Below are positions 1-10,753 of a stretch of DNA of 46,391 nucleotides, piece by piece. Origin of the DNA: Candidatus Methylomirabilia bacterium (GTDB lineage Bacteria; Methylomirabilota; Methylomirabilia; Rokubacteriales; CSP1-6); the NCBI GenBank assembly GCA_041497895.1, contig JBGQHJ010000019.1, positions 1 through 46,391 of the forward strand, written 5' to 3'. The position numbers and the translations under genes were made by a program. Each line of letters starts with the position of its first letter. Within the stretch, counting starts at the first letter, position 1. A model generated the notes under the pieces. It did not search any database, was not told the origin of the DNA, and saw only the letters and a program-made list of their open reading frames with translations.

Positions 1-1087
<1,087 letters not shown>

Positions 1088-1091
<4 letters not shown>

Positions 1092-2248
1092 GTCGACGCC
1101 CGGCCCGCGACCGCCGGCTCCCGGAGGCCGCAGACCTCGTAGAGCGTCTCGCGGTGGCGGATGCCCTTGAGGCGCGGCCGGCCGAGCTCGCGGGCGTCGA
1201 CGAGATGGTCCACCTGGTGGAAGGTCTCCTCGCCCACGATGATATGCGCGTCGAACAGGCGTGTCATCCGCTGCATTCGCGCGGCCGCGATCATGGCCCG
1301 GCCCACCACGATGAGCTCGCGCCGGCGGTCCGAGCCGATCGTCCCCGCCAGCACCCGACCGGAGCTGATCCCCACCCCGATGTCGAAGGTGGGCAGCCCA
1401 TCGGCGGCCCAGCGCACGGCCAGGCGCCGCACCGCCTCCACCATGTCGGTGGCGGCCCGGACGGCCCGCAGGGCGACGTCGGCCCCGGGCTCCGGGACGC
1501 CGAAGAGGGCGACGATCTCGTCGCCGATCAGCTGCTCCACCGTGCCCTGATGGCGGAAGATCACGTCGATCATCTCGGCGAAGTAGTCGTTGAGGAGCTG
1601 GATCACCACCGGAGCCGGCGTCGCCTCGATGAGGCGCGTGAAGCCGCGGATGTCGGCGAAGAGCACGGTGGCCTCGCGCCAGTCGCCCGGCAGCTCCAGG
1701 AGGCCCGGGTTGGCGATCGCGAGGTCGACCAGCCGCGGCGACACGTATCGCTGGAGCTGGGCGCGCACCGACGCTTCCCGGACCAGGTCGTCCTGGGCGC
1801 CCCGGAGGTGCTGGAGCGCCTGCTCGAGCTCCGCGTTCTTGGCCCCGAGCTCGCCAAGCAGCGTCTCGCGCTCCCGGCACAGCCGGTGATGCTCGACCGC
1901 GCGGCCCACCACGTGACGGAGCTCGTTCGGATCCCAGGGCTTCAGGAGGAAGTGGTAGACCCCGGCCGCGTTGATGGAGTCCATCAGGGCGTCGGTGTCG
2001 GTGAAGGCGGTGAGGAGGATGCGTACCGTGTCGGGGGCGACGTCGCGACTCCGGGTCAGGAGCTCGGTGCCGGTCAGCCCGGCCATCCGCTGATCGCTCA
2101 GCACGACGGCCACGTCCTCCTCGCGCAGGTAGTGCAGCGCGGTCTCCGCGCGATCCGCGCGGAGGATGCGGTGCTCCATCGCGAGGAGCGCCTCGAGCGC
2201 GTCGAGGACCCGCGGCTCGTCGTCGACCAGCAGGACGGTGGCGGGCAT
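1088..2248 (-). CDS. Response regulator with C-terminal class III adenylate/guanylate cyclase-like domain (non-canonical active site)
   Basis: [19 protein letters not shown]...SDQRM...KPWDP (REC), a coiled coil, then [21 protein letters not shown] and [18 protein letters not shown] at 2248 overlaps the kinase stop (TGATG). Confidence 0.9.
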
Positions 2249-4512
2249 CACGCGGGAGGCGGCGCCGGGGTCGGCTTGCCGGCCCGGGCAACCGGGAGCC
2301 GCAGGGTGAACACCGCTCCGCCGCCCGGCGCGGTCTCGGCCCGGATCTCGCCGCCGTGCTTCGTGACGATCTCGTAGCTGATCGAGAGGCCGAGCCCGGT
2401 GCCCTCGCCGACGGGCTTGGTGGTGAAGAACGGATCGAAGATGCGCCGGAGCACGTCGGGCGGGATCCCGGGGCCGGTGTCGGCGATGGTGATCACCGCC
2501 ATCGGTCCCACCCGTGACGTCTCGATCGTGATCGTGCCCGGCCCCGGGATCGCCTGGGCCGCGTTGGCGAGCACGTTCAGGAAGACCTGGTCGATCTGCG
2601 ACCGGACGCACTCCACCGGGCCGAGCGGCCCGTACTTACGGATCACCGCGATCCGATCCTTCAGCAGGTGGTTCAGGAGGGTCAGGCTCGACTCGAGCTC
2701 CTCGTGCAGGTCGACCGGCTGCCACACGTCGTCCGTGGTGCGGGCGAACACCCGCAGGTCGCCGACGATCTTGCGGGTCCGGTCGGCGCCCTCGCGGATG
2801 CCGGAGAGCATCGAGTCGAGGTACTTGAGCGCGTAGTCGATCTTGAGCTCGTGCCGGCGCGCGTCGACCCGGGCCCGGTCGGCCTCCGGCAGCGCGGCCT
2901 CCTGGTAGGTCGCGAGCATGGCCCGCAGGCGCCCGACGAAGTCGGCGAGGGTGGCCACGTTGGAGGAGATGAACCCGATGGGGTTGTTGAGCTCGTGGGC
3001 CACGCCGGCCACGAGCTGGCCGACCGAGGCCATCTTCTCGCGCTGGATGAGCTGGAGCTGCGTGGCCTGGAGTTCACGGTAGGCGCTCTGCAGCTCCTCG
3101 TTGGCGGCGCGGAGCTGCTCGGTGCGGACCCGCACCTTGTCCTCGAGGCTCCGGGAGAGATCCTCGATGGTCTGGAAGCTCGCCGCGCGATCGATGGCGA
3201 GGGCCACGTGGCTGGCCACCGCGGTGAGCAGGTCCACGTCGCCCTGGTCGAAGCGCTCCCGCTCCGCCGCGGTGACCACGAGCACTCCGAGCACCTGCTC
3301 GCGCACGCGGAGCGGCGCCGCCACGAGGCTCTGCACCCGATGCGCGCGGCTCAGCGCCTGGTGAACGGGCTCGGTCGCGTGCTCCACGTCCCTGACGAGG
3401 ACGGGCTGCCCGGTGATCGCGGCCCGCGCGCTCGCGCTCGTTCCCGCCTCCAGGGGCAGCTCGACGCCCTCGAACGGGGGGGTCGCCGCGTCGGCCCCCG
3501 CGGTCCGGTGCCCGCGGAGCACGCGGCGCCCGCGATCCACCAGGAGGAGGTAGGCCCGCTCGTACGGCATCCGGTGGACGAGCCGGCTCAGCGCCTGGTC
3601 GTAGATCTTCTCCGGGTCGAGCGTCGCGCTCACCGCGGCGCTCAAGTCGGTGAGGAGCGAGAGCTGCTCGATCCGCGTCTCGAGCTCGACGAACTTCTTC
3701 TCGAGCTCGCGATTCGAGTAGATGATCTCCTCGGACTGGAGATCGAGCAGCCGCTGGGTGTGGCGGCGCTGGTGGCCCTCGCGGAGCGCGTAGCCCAGCG
3801 CGACGCCGGCGACGAGCGGGAGGGGCTCCGCGAGCAGGAGCGGCCAGCCCCCACCGGGCGCGCCCGAGACCACGCCGAAGACGACCGCGGCGGCGCCGCC
3901 GATCAAGGTCGGCGCCCAGAAGCGGGCGCCTCGCGACGGGTTCCTCCAGCGGACGTCCCATCGGCAGGCGTCGGCGCCGCGGGCCGCGCACGTGCTCTCG
4001 AGGATCCGGGCGCGCGGCAACCCCCAGTTGGTGGGGAAGCGCTCGAACTGCACCTTCAGCCACGTGCAGCTCCAGACCGGGATGACCTGCCCGGGCAGGG
4101 GCGTCCACCGATAGCGCGCCCGGCGGCGGCCGACCTCGAGGATGTCGAGGCGGTAGAAGTCGCGGGCCTGCTGATCGTAGATCGTGGCGACCCGCTGGTA
4201 GGCCCCGCGCGGGCTGCCGATCCCCATGGAGTAGGTGCCGAGGTACGAGCGCTCCTCGCGGGGCTTCCAGTCCATGAAGGACTCGCCGTAGCGCCGCGCC
4301 CAGCGCTCCTCGTCGGGCTCGCGCATCAGGGTCTGGCAGACCTTGACCATCTCCCCGGCCGTCGAGACGGGAATCCAGTTGTGGTCGGCCATGAGGTAGT
4401 CGCGGGATCGTCCCGCGACGCGGCAGATCGTCGCGACCCCCTCGGGGCCCACCTCCTTCTCCACGAAGGGGATCAGCGCCTTCGTGAAGATGCAGTTGAC
4501 CTCTCCCGGCAT
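2248..4512 (-). CDS. Sensor histidine kinase: N-terminal V4R/HNOB-like domain, hydrophobic hairpin, GAF, HisKA, HATPase
   Basis: H-box [10 protein letters not shown]-box [40 protein letters not shown] segment [17 protein letters not shown]4R-like [18 protein letters not shown]. Start reassigned to ATG 4512, 11 nt after the OsmC stop. Confidence 0.9.
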   Translation of the reverse strand: MPGEVNCIFTKALIPFVEKEVGPEGVATICRVAGRSRDYLMADHNWIPVSTAGEMVKVCQTLMREPDEERWARRYGESFMDWKPREERSYLGTYSMGIGSPRGAYQRVATIYDQQARDFYRLDILEVGRRRARYRWTPLPGQVIPVWSCTWLKVQFERFPTNWGLPRARILESTCAARGADACRWDVRWRNPSRGARFWAPTLIGGAAAVVFGVVSGAPGGGWPLLLAEPLPLVAGVALGYALREGHQRRHTQRLLDLQSEEIIYSNRELEKKFVELETRIEQLSLLTDLSAAVSATLDPEKIYDQALSRLVHRMPYERAYLLLVDRGRRVLRGHRTAGADAATPPFEGVELPLEAGTSASARAAITGQPVLVRDVEHATEPVHQALSRAHRVQSLVAAPLRVREQVLGVLVVTAAERERFDQGDVDLLTAVASHVALAIDRAASFQTIEDLSRSLEDKVRVRTEQLRAANEELQSAYRELQATQLQLIQREKMASVGQLVAGVAHELNNPIGFISSNVATLADFVGRLRAMLATYQEAALPEADRARVDARRHELKIDYALKYLDSMLSGIREGADRTRKIVGDLRVFARTTDDVWQPVDLHEELESSLTLLNHLLKDRIAVIRKYGPLGPVECVRSQIDQVFLNVLANAAQAIPGPGTITIETSRVGPMAVITIADTGPGIPPDVLRRIFDPFFTTKPVGEGTGLGLSISYEIVTKHGGEIRAETAPGGGAVFTLRLPVARAGKPTPAPPPA

Positions 4513-4523
4513 GTCGGCTCCGC

Positions 4524-5087
4524 TCAGCTCCGCTTGTGGACGAACGTCGACGTGATCTTCACCGGGTTCGCGAGGGTATCGGCCACCGGGGACTTGCGAT
4601 CGATCGTCTCCTTGCACCGCCGCACCTGCTCCTCGGGCGCCGGGCTCTGGATGGTCACCGCGTACCGGATATCCGTGAAGCCGTTGCGCACCGACTTGTC
4701 GTGACCGAGCACGCCCCGGAAATCGATGTCGGCCTCCATCTCCACGCTCAGGGCCTCGATCGGCACGTTGAACAGCGCGGCGTTGGCCGCGATCCCGGAG
4801 GTGAGGCAGCCCGCGAGGGCGGCCAGCACCGACTCCGCGGCGGTCGGGGCCGCGTCCACGCCGCCCAGGCCGGCCGGGGCGTCCATGGTGACGAAGAAGC
4901 GCCGGGTCGGGGGCGTCGCCGCCTTGCCGAGGATCTCCTGCGCTCCGATCTCGACCAGGGCCTTGACGCCGCGCTGCCAGGTGGAGCGCAGCTTGACGGT
5001 CCGCTTCCCGAGCGCGGGGTTCTCCCGGACCTTGCGATCCAGCTCCTTCATGCCGTCCACGTCGACGTCGTTCAGTCCGAGTGCCAT
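4524..5087 (-). CDS. OsmC/Ohr-like family protein
   Basis: MDAPAGLGGVDAAPTAAESVLAALAGCLT, DIDFRGVLG and KSPVADTLANPV match the OsmC fold pattern; AGGAGG RBS upstream. Confidence 0.85.
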   Translation of the reverse strand: MALGLNDVDVDGMKELDRKVRENPALGKRTVKLRSTWQRGVKALVEIGAQEILGKAATPPTRRFFVTMDAPAGLGGVDAAPTAAESVLAALAGCLTSGIAANAALFNVPIEALSVEMEADIDFRGVLGHDKSVRNGFTDIRYAVTIQSPAPEEQVRRCKETIDRKSPVADTLANPVKITSTFVHKRS

Positions 5088-5099
5088 GGGTCTCTCCTC

Positions 5100-5153
5100 C
5101 TAGGGAGTGGTGGTCGTTTCGGGTCGGGAATCGGCGCCGCCGGCCGGCCTCAT
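5100..5153 (-). CDS. Possible 17-aa bridging mini-ORF (MRPAGGADSRPETTTTP)
   Basis: The ATG overlaps the upstream TGA (ATGA) and has GGAGG 6 nt upstream; its TAG abuts the OsmC RBS (TAGGAGG). Confidence 0.3.
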   Translation of the reverse strand: MRPAGGADSRPETTTTP

Positions 5154-7243
5154 CGACGTCCTCCGTCGATCAGGGGGGCGATCAGCTCGGCGGCGCGGCG
5201 GGCGCCGCCGGTCTCCACGTCCCGGTAGGTGACCGGGCGCTTGAGCCCTTCGGCCACCGCGTGCGCGAGCGTCTCCGGGTCGGCCTCCGCATAGTCCATG
5301 CGCACGCCCGCGCCGTAGCGGGCGAGCCGATGGGGCACGTGGATGCTCTGCTCGAAGTGATTCCGCAGCGGGAAGTAGAGGAACGGCCGCTTCGTCGCGG
5401 TCAGCTCCATGCAGGTGCTGAGGCCGCCCTGCACGATCGCCAGGTCGCAGCCGGCCAGGTGGGCGTAGAGATCGGGCACGAATGTCCGGTACTCCACGCC
5501 CGGCGTCGGCGGGAGCCCGGCGGGATCGATCCGCGGTCCCGTGACCACGATGAGGCGGAGATCCGGAGTGTGTCGCCTCATCTGCGGATAGGCCGCCACG
5601 ACTTTCCGCAACAGGTGCTGGCCGACCGCGGTCCCGCCCACCGCCGCGAAGACCACCCGCTCGTCGGCCCGGAACCCGAGCCGCGCGCGCAGCCCCTCGC
5701 GGTCCGCGAACTCCGCCGGGTCGAAGGGCAGGACGTAGCCCGGGAAGTCGTAGTGCGCGCTCGTCCACTCCCGGATGCCGGGGAGGCCCGGCCCGAAGGG
5801 CCGATCCACCACGTCGTCACGGGCCCCGATGAAAAGGGCGCGGTCCCGGATGCGCGGGAAGCGCGCGACCTGCTCGATCATCTCGGCGTTGTAGTCGGCC
5901 GCGAGCCGCGCCTCCGGTGAAGCGGGATCGCCGTCCACGGACAGCCAGCCCACGAAGTCGGTGATCCAGGCGAACGCGGTCCGCTTCAGCTCCGGGTTCT
6001 CGTGGAGATAGTGGTCGGTCTCCCAGGCCTCGTCGCCGATCACGAGGTCGTAGGGCTCGGTCTCCAGCACGTCGTGCAGGACCATGAAATTGGCGAGCAG
6101 GATCTCGTCCATCCTCCGCCAGGCCTGGAACACGTGCAGGTCGTGCTCGCCGGCCTCGGACTCGATGTGGGCCGACTCTCCGGCCAGGAGACGGCTCGCC
6201 GGATGCACCGTCTCGCCGCGCGCTTCCAGCACCCGCGTCACCGGGTCCTGGGCGAGCCAGTGGACCTCGAGGTCCGGCTGGCGCGCGCGCAGCTCGCGGG
6301 CGATCGCCACGTCGCGGAGTGAATGCCCGAGCCCGATCGGGCTCGAGACGAACAGCGCGCGGCGGGACCGGGCCATCGCCCGGCGCCGGAGCCGTCGCGG
6401 CGGCGCCGGCGGCTCGAGGAAGTCGCGGACGGCCAGGTTGTAGCGGACCGGGTCGCGGACCTGGGGGCAGTGCCCCGAGCCCTCGAAGGGCATGAGCACC
6501 GAGCCCGCGATGGCGGCGTGAGCGCGCTCGGCGAGCCGGAACGGCCGGATCGCGTCCTCCGTGCCGTGGATGATGAGGGTCGGCGCGTGGACGCACGCCA
6601 GGAGCTCGGTGGCCGAGGACCGGCACGACCACTCGCGGACGGTCGCGATGAGGATCTCGGGCGTGGTCCCGAGCCCCCACGCGACGCCGTCCTCCCGGGC
6701 CTTCGTCGAGTGCGGCTCCGTGAAGGCCTGGGTCATGAAGAACTCGAGGAACTCGCGGTAGTGCTCCCGCCAGTAGTGGGCGTTGTACCTGTCCCACCCC
6801 TCGGGCTGGTCACGCCGCTCGAAGAACGGCCGTGGGGCGAGCACCTCGTCGTCCAGGGTCGTCGCGGTGAGGACCAGCCGCTCGACCCGCTCGGCGTGGC
6901 GCGCGGCCAGGATGGCGCCCGGCCAGGTGCTGCGCGAGAGGCAGACCAGCGACGCGCGCTCGACGCCGGCCGCGTCCAGGACCGCGCGCGCGTGATCGGC
7001 CATCCGATCGTGGTCGTAGCCGGTGGCCGGCCGGTCCGAGCGCCCGGTGCCCGGCGCGTCGAAGGTGAGGGTCCGGAAGTACCGGGCGAAATAGGGGACC
7101 TGCAGCTTCCAGATCCGGCTGTCGACGATCTGCCACGGCGGGATGAAGAGCACCGCGCGCTCGCCCCGGCCATGCTCCTCCCAGAAGATCCGCGTGCCGT
7201 GGGACTCCACGTGGCCTTCGCGGTCGGGCTGGCGCGCGCGCAT
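5150..7243 (-). CDS. Alpha/beta-hydrolase fused to GT-B glycosyltransferase (GT28/GT1-like), paralog 2
   Basis: Hydrolase half: FDAPGTGRSDRP, LVCLSRS, IHGTED, GSGH. GT-B half: SSPIGLGH, DLAIVQGGLSTCMEL, HFEQ. AGGAG RBS before ATG 7243. Confidence 0.85.
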   Translation of the reverse strand: MRARQPDREGHVESHGTRIFWEEHGRGERAVLFIPPWQIVDSRIWKLQVPYFARYFRTLTFDAPGTGRSDRPATGYDHDRMADHARAVLDAAGVERASLVCLSRSTWPGAILAARHAERVERLVLTATTLDDEVLAPRPFFERRDQPEGWDRYNAHYWREHYREFLEFFMTQAFTEPHSTKAREDGVAWGLGTTPEILIATVREWSCRSSATELLACVHAPTLIIHGTEDAIRPFRLAERAHAAIAGSVLMPFEGSGHCPQVRDPVRYNLAVRDFLEPPAPPRRLRRRAMARSRRALFVSSPIGLGHSLRDVAIARELRARQPDLEVHWLAQDPVTRVLEARGETVHPASRLLAGESAHIESEAGEHDLHVFQAWRRMDEILLANFMVLHDVLETEPYDLVIGDEAWETDHYLHENPELKRTAFAWITDFVGWLSVDGDPASPEARLAADYNAEMIEQVARFPRIRDRALFIGARDDVVDRPFGPGLPGIREWTSAHYDFPGYVLPFDPAEFADREGLRARLGFRADERVVFAAVGGTAVGQHLLRKVVAAYPQMRRHTPDLRLIVVTGPRIDPAGLPPTPGVEYRTFVPDLYAHLAGCDLAIVQGGLSTCMELTATKRPFLYFPLRNHFEQSIHVPHRLARYGAGVRMDYAEADPETLAHAVAEGLKRPVTYRDVETGGARRAAELIAPLIDGGRR

Positions 7244-7259
7244 GGTGGTGGCGGTCTCC

Positions 7260-9329
7260 TCATAGCAGCGCGGCGATGAGCCGCGCGGCGCGGTCGGTGC
7301 CGTCGAGCGGCACCTCCGCGGAGTGGACCGGCTTGCCGAGGTACTCGAGCATCGCGGCGCCGAGGGCCTCGGGGCTCGTGCGGTCGTAGTCGAGGCGGAC
7401 ACCGGCGCCGAGACGGTCGAGGCGCCGGGCCACGTGCAGCTGCTGCTCGAAGTGGTGACGGAGGGGGAAGTAGAGGAACGGGGTGCGGAGGGCCGCCAGC
7501 TCCATGGTGGTGGTGAGCCCGCCCTGGACGATCGCGAGATCGGCGGCCGCGTGGTGCTCGAAGAGGTCCGGCACGAAGTCGCGCACCTCCACGCGGGGCC
7601 CCCACGCCGGCTCCATCTCGGAGAGCCGCGGGCCCCCGACCAGGACCAGGCGCGCCTCCGGGATCTGGGAGGCGATCAGGGTGAAGGCCTCCGCGCACTT
7701 GCGGAGGAGGCTCCGCCCGACCCGCGTCCCCCCGACGGAGGCCAGGATCACGCGCTCGTCGGCCCGGTAGCCGAGCTTCGCCCGCAGGGCGGCGCGGTCG
7801 CGCAGGGCGTGAGGGTCGAAGTGGAAGGTGTAGCCCGAGAAGCGGAAATGCTCCCGCGCCCACTGCCGCATGTTCGGGAGATCGGGGCCGAACTCGCGAT
7901 CGAGCACGTCCTCCTCGTCGCCGATCAGGATCGACACGTCGCGCACGTCGGGATGGAGGCGCAGGTGGTCGATGTTCTCCGCGTTCTTCTCCCAGCAGCG
8001 GATGAACTCGGTGGAGGTCCGGTCCTCCCGCATCGGCAGCAGGCCGATGAAGTCGGTGAGAAAGGCGTAGGGCGCCCGCTTGAGATCGGGATTCTCGTGG
8101 AGGAAGTAGTCGAGGTCCCATCCCTCGTCGCCGATCCACAGGTCGTAGCGCTCGCGCTCGACCACGTCGGCGAGGGTCATGAAGTTCGCGGTCATGATCT
8201 CGTCCATGTCCCAGAGCGCGTTGAACGCGTGGAGCTCGTGATCGGCGGCCCAGCCCTCGAAGTGCCTCGTCTCGTTCTGGAGGAGGCGCGTGGCGGGGTG
8301 CAGGCGCTCCCCCCAGTGCTGGACGACGCGGTCGGCGGGATCACCGGCGAGGAAGTCGACGATCACGTCGGGGTCGAGCGTCCGCAGCCGCCGCGCGATC
8401 GCGAGGTCGCGCTGGACGTGCCCGAGCCCGATCGGGCTCGAGAGCCACAGCACGCGCCGCCGGCTGTCCCGGGGCGCGCGCCGGGGCGCCGGTGCCGGAT
8501 CGGCGGCGGGAACCGTGCGCGCGGTGGTGGCCGGGATCCGTGTCTCCGGGACCTCCCGCCCGAGCACGAAGTCGCGGATGAAGCGGTTGATCTTCACCGG
8601 GTCGCGGCCGAACAGCCCGTGGCCGCCCCGCTCGAAGGTCACCAGGCGGGCTCCGGGAATCGCCGCCACCATCTTCTGCGCGTGCGAGTACGGGACGATC
8701 TTGTCGTCGGTCCCGTGGAGCGCGAGGGTGGGGACCCGAACCCGGCCGAGCAGATCGTACAGATCGATGCCGTCGATCGCGCGCAGGGATTCGATCAGGA
8801 CCTCGGGAGTGGTCTCGCCGGCCCAGGTCACGCCGTCCTCGATCCCCTTGAGCGAGTGCGGCTCCGGGAAGACGCGCTTGAACAGCCGCGGGCGCCAGTT
8901 GTCGAAGTCGTCCCGGATCACCCGCGCGACACGATCCTCGAAGGGCTGCGGCACCGACTCGGCATACTGGCCCGAGAGCAGGATCAGGTGCGAGAGCCGG
9001 TCGGGATGGTCGACCGCGTACCGGAACGCGAGGGGAGCCGCGCACGAGAACGCGACGAGGGCGATGGGCGGCCGCGCGACCTCGTCGAGGACCGCCACCA
9101 GGTCGCCGTACCGGGTGTCCAGGTCGTAGCCGGTGGGCGGCCGGTCCGATCGCCCGTTGCCGCGCGGATCCATCGTGATCACCCGGAAGTAGCGCGAGAG
9201 GTACGGGATCAGGTGCTTCCACATCCGGCTGTACGTGACGACCTGGCACTGCGGGAGCAAGAGGAGATCCCGCGTCCCGCCGCCGGTGACCTGGTAGAAG
9301 ATGCGCGCGTCCGGCCGGTGAACGTACAT
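7260..9329 (-). CDS. Alpha/beta-hydrolase fused to GT-B glycosyltransferase (GT28/GT1-like), paralog 1
   Basis: MDPRGNGRSDRP, LVAFSCA, LHGTDD, GGHG; then SSPIGLGH, DLAIVQGGLTTTMEL, HFEQ. Confidence 0.87.
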   Translation of the reverse strand: MYVHRPDARIFYQVTGGGTRDLLLLPQCQVVTYSRMWKHLIPYLSRYFRVITMDPRGNGRSDRPPTGYDLDTRYGDLVAVLDEVARPPIALVAFSCAAPLAFRYAVDHPDRLSHLILLSGQYAESVPQPFEDRVARVIRDDFDNWRPRLFKRVFPEPHSLKGIEDGVTWAGETTPEVLIESLRAIDGIDLYDLLGRVRVPTLALHGTDDKIVPYSHAQKMVAAIPGARLVTFERGGHGLFGRDPVKINRFIRDFVLGREVPETRIPATTARTVPAADPAPAPRRAPRDSRRRVLWLSSPIGLGHVQRDLAIARRLRTLDPDVIVDFLAGDPADRVVQHWGERLHPATRLLQNETRHFEGWAADHELHAFNALWDMDEIMTANFMTLADVVERERYDLWIGDEGWDLDYFLHENPDLKRAPYAFLTDFIGLLPMREDRTSTEFIRCWEKNAENIDHLRLHPDVRDVSILIGDEEDVLDREFGPDLPNMRQWAREHFRFSGYTFHFDPHALRDRAALRAKLGYRADERVILASVGGTRVGRSLLRKCAEAFTLIASQIPEARLVLVGGPRLSEMEPAWGPRVEVRDFVPDLFEHHAAADLAIVQGGLTTTMELAALRTPFLYFPLRHHFEQQLHVARRLDRLGAGVRLDYDRTSPEALGAAMLEYLGKPVHSAEVPLDGTDRAARLIAALL

Positions 9330-9333
9330 CGCG

Positions 9334-10371
9334 CTACTCCTCGCCCCTCACCCCGGCCCGCTCCCCGGTGGGGAGAGGGTGGACGGGAGCATCCTGGCTC
9401 CGCCGGGCCATCTCGTAGAGGACGAGGGCCGCGCCGCCGCGTACCGTCCCCCGCTTGTCGGCCGGCACCACGCGCACCGTCGTCGCGTCGAGCGCGAGGT
9501 GAAGCGCCCGGCGGCGGACCCGGCGCAGGATGTCGTCCTGGAGCGGGGCCAGCGAGGTGGCCACGCCGCCGGTGATCACGATGATCTCCGGATTCAGGAG
9601 GCTCACGAGAGCCCCGATGCCCATCGCGAGCGCTTCGCAGGCCTCGTCGATCACCGCGCGGGCGAGGGGATCGCCGGCGGCCGCCTCCTCGAAGAGCAGC
9701 GGCGCGCCGATTCGCTCCGGATCGCCTCCGGTCCGGGTCAGCAGGGCCGAGCCCGGGTAGGCGGCGAGCCGCTCGCGGGCGCGGTCCCCCATCATGCCGC
9801 CCGCCACGTAGGTGGCCAGGCACCCGACGCTGCCGCACAGGCAGCGCGGACCGGTGAGGCTCACGCTCATGTGTCCGATTTCCCCCGCGCTGTGATGGTG
9901 ACCGCGGACCAGCCGGCCGTCCAGGATCAGGCCGCTGCCCATCCCGGTGCCGATGGCCAGCGTGACCAGCGAATCGGCACCGCGGCCGGCCCCGAACGTC
10001 CACTCCCCCAGCGTCAGGGCATTCACGTCGTTGTCGACGAACACGGGGTGGCCGGTCCGCTCCTGGATGAGAGCCGCGAGCGGCACGTCACCCAGCTCGG
10101 AGAGCCAGGCGAACGGCATCGAGCGCATGGATCCCTTCTCGACGTCGACCACGCCCGGAAGACCCACGCCGATCCCGGCCACCGCGAGCCCGCGGTCCGC
10201 GGCCGAGGACAGGGCGCGATCGATCAGCGAGAAGATCGTCTCCACCACCGCGCTGCCGCTCTGGGCGGGCGCCTGGGCGGTGGCGAGGACGACGCCGTTG
10301 GAGCCGACGAGCCCTGCCGAGATCGTCGAGGCTCCGACGTCGACTCCGACGACCGGATCGGTCGGGATCAT
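9334..10371 (-). CDS. ROK family sugar kinase
   Basis: VGVDVGAS, DNDVNALTLGE, IGTGMGSG, AGEIGH and the CLCGSVGC zinc motif. Start reassigned to ATG 10371. Confidence 0.9.
   Translation of the reverse strand: MIPTDPVVGVDVGASTISAGLVGSNGVVLATAQAPAQSGSAVVETIFSLIDRALSSAADRGLAVAGIGVGLPGVVDVEKGSMRSMPFAWLSELGDVPLAALIQERTGHPVFVDNDVNALTLGEWTFGAGRGADSLVTLAIGTGMGSGLILDGRLVRGHHHSAGEIGHMSVSLTGPRCLCGSVGCLATYVAGGMMGDRARERLAAYPGSALLTRTGGDPERIGAPLLFEEAAAGDPLARAVIDEACEALAMGIGALVSLLNPEIIVITGGVATSLAPLQDDILRRVRRRALHLALDATTVRVVPADKRGTVRGGAALVLYEMARRSQDAPVHPLPTGERAGVRGEE
9344..9379 (-). repeat. REP-like palindromic element (CCCTCTCCCC-N3-GGGGAGxGGG-N3-GGGTGAGGGG), copy inside the ROK 3' end
   Basis: 31/36 identical to the intergenic copy at 26106-26141. 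Confidence 0.7.
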
Positions 10372-10385
10372 GCGCCCTCGCTCCC

Positions 10386-10400
10386 GCAAGCAATGTGCCA
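10386..10400 (-). promoter_or_regulatory. Sigma-54 (-24/-12) promoter for the leftward operon
   Basis: Minus strand reads TGGCAC-ATTGC-TTGC, an exact TGGCAC-N5-TTGC match. Confidence 0.85.
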
Positions 10401-10443
10401 GCGCGGAAACCCGCTGATCATGGCCGCGCGCCGCGTGCCGGGT

Positions 10444-10559
10444 GCAAGGCGACCTTGCGGGACGTGGCCGGCAGCTCGCCAAGCGCCCGTCGGGGCTGGC
10501 GTGCCGGCCCGCAAGGTGACATGGCGGTGCGGCCGGCCGAGCGTGCAAGGTCGCGATGC
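10444..10559. promoter_or_regulatory. Three candidate enhancer (UAS) sites, GCAAGG-N3-CCTTGC-like
   Basis: GCAAGGCGACCTTGC (10444-10458, perfect 6-bp arms), GCAAGGTGACATGGC (10511-10525) and GCAAGGTCGCGATGC (10545-10559), lying between two sigma-54 promoters. Confidence 0.6.
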
Positions 10560-10753
10560 TCCGCGCCCGCGTGGCGGCGGCCCAGCGATCTCCCTGCCGT
10601 CTGCTCTTGCGCGTGCATGGTCCCGGGGCGCCAGGTCAGCTTGCGTTGCCAACGTCGCGAAATCAAGTGTGGGCGGATCGCCGCTCTCCGACTCGCCGCA
10701 GCGCCGCCTTGCCTCCCCGGGCGCAACCATCTGGAATTTCTCGGGCGTCGACG

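Noticed and set aside
10660..10675. AAATCAAGTGTGG as a possible IHF site between the sigma-54 promoters
   Set aside because: It matches WATCAA but lacks the TTR element, so it is too weak to call.
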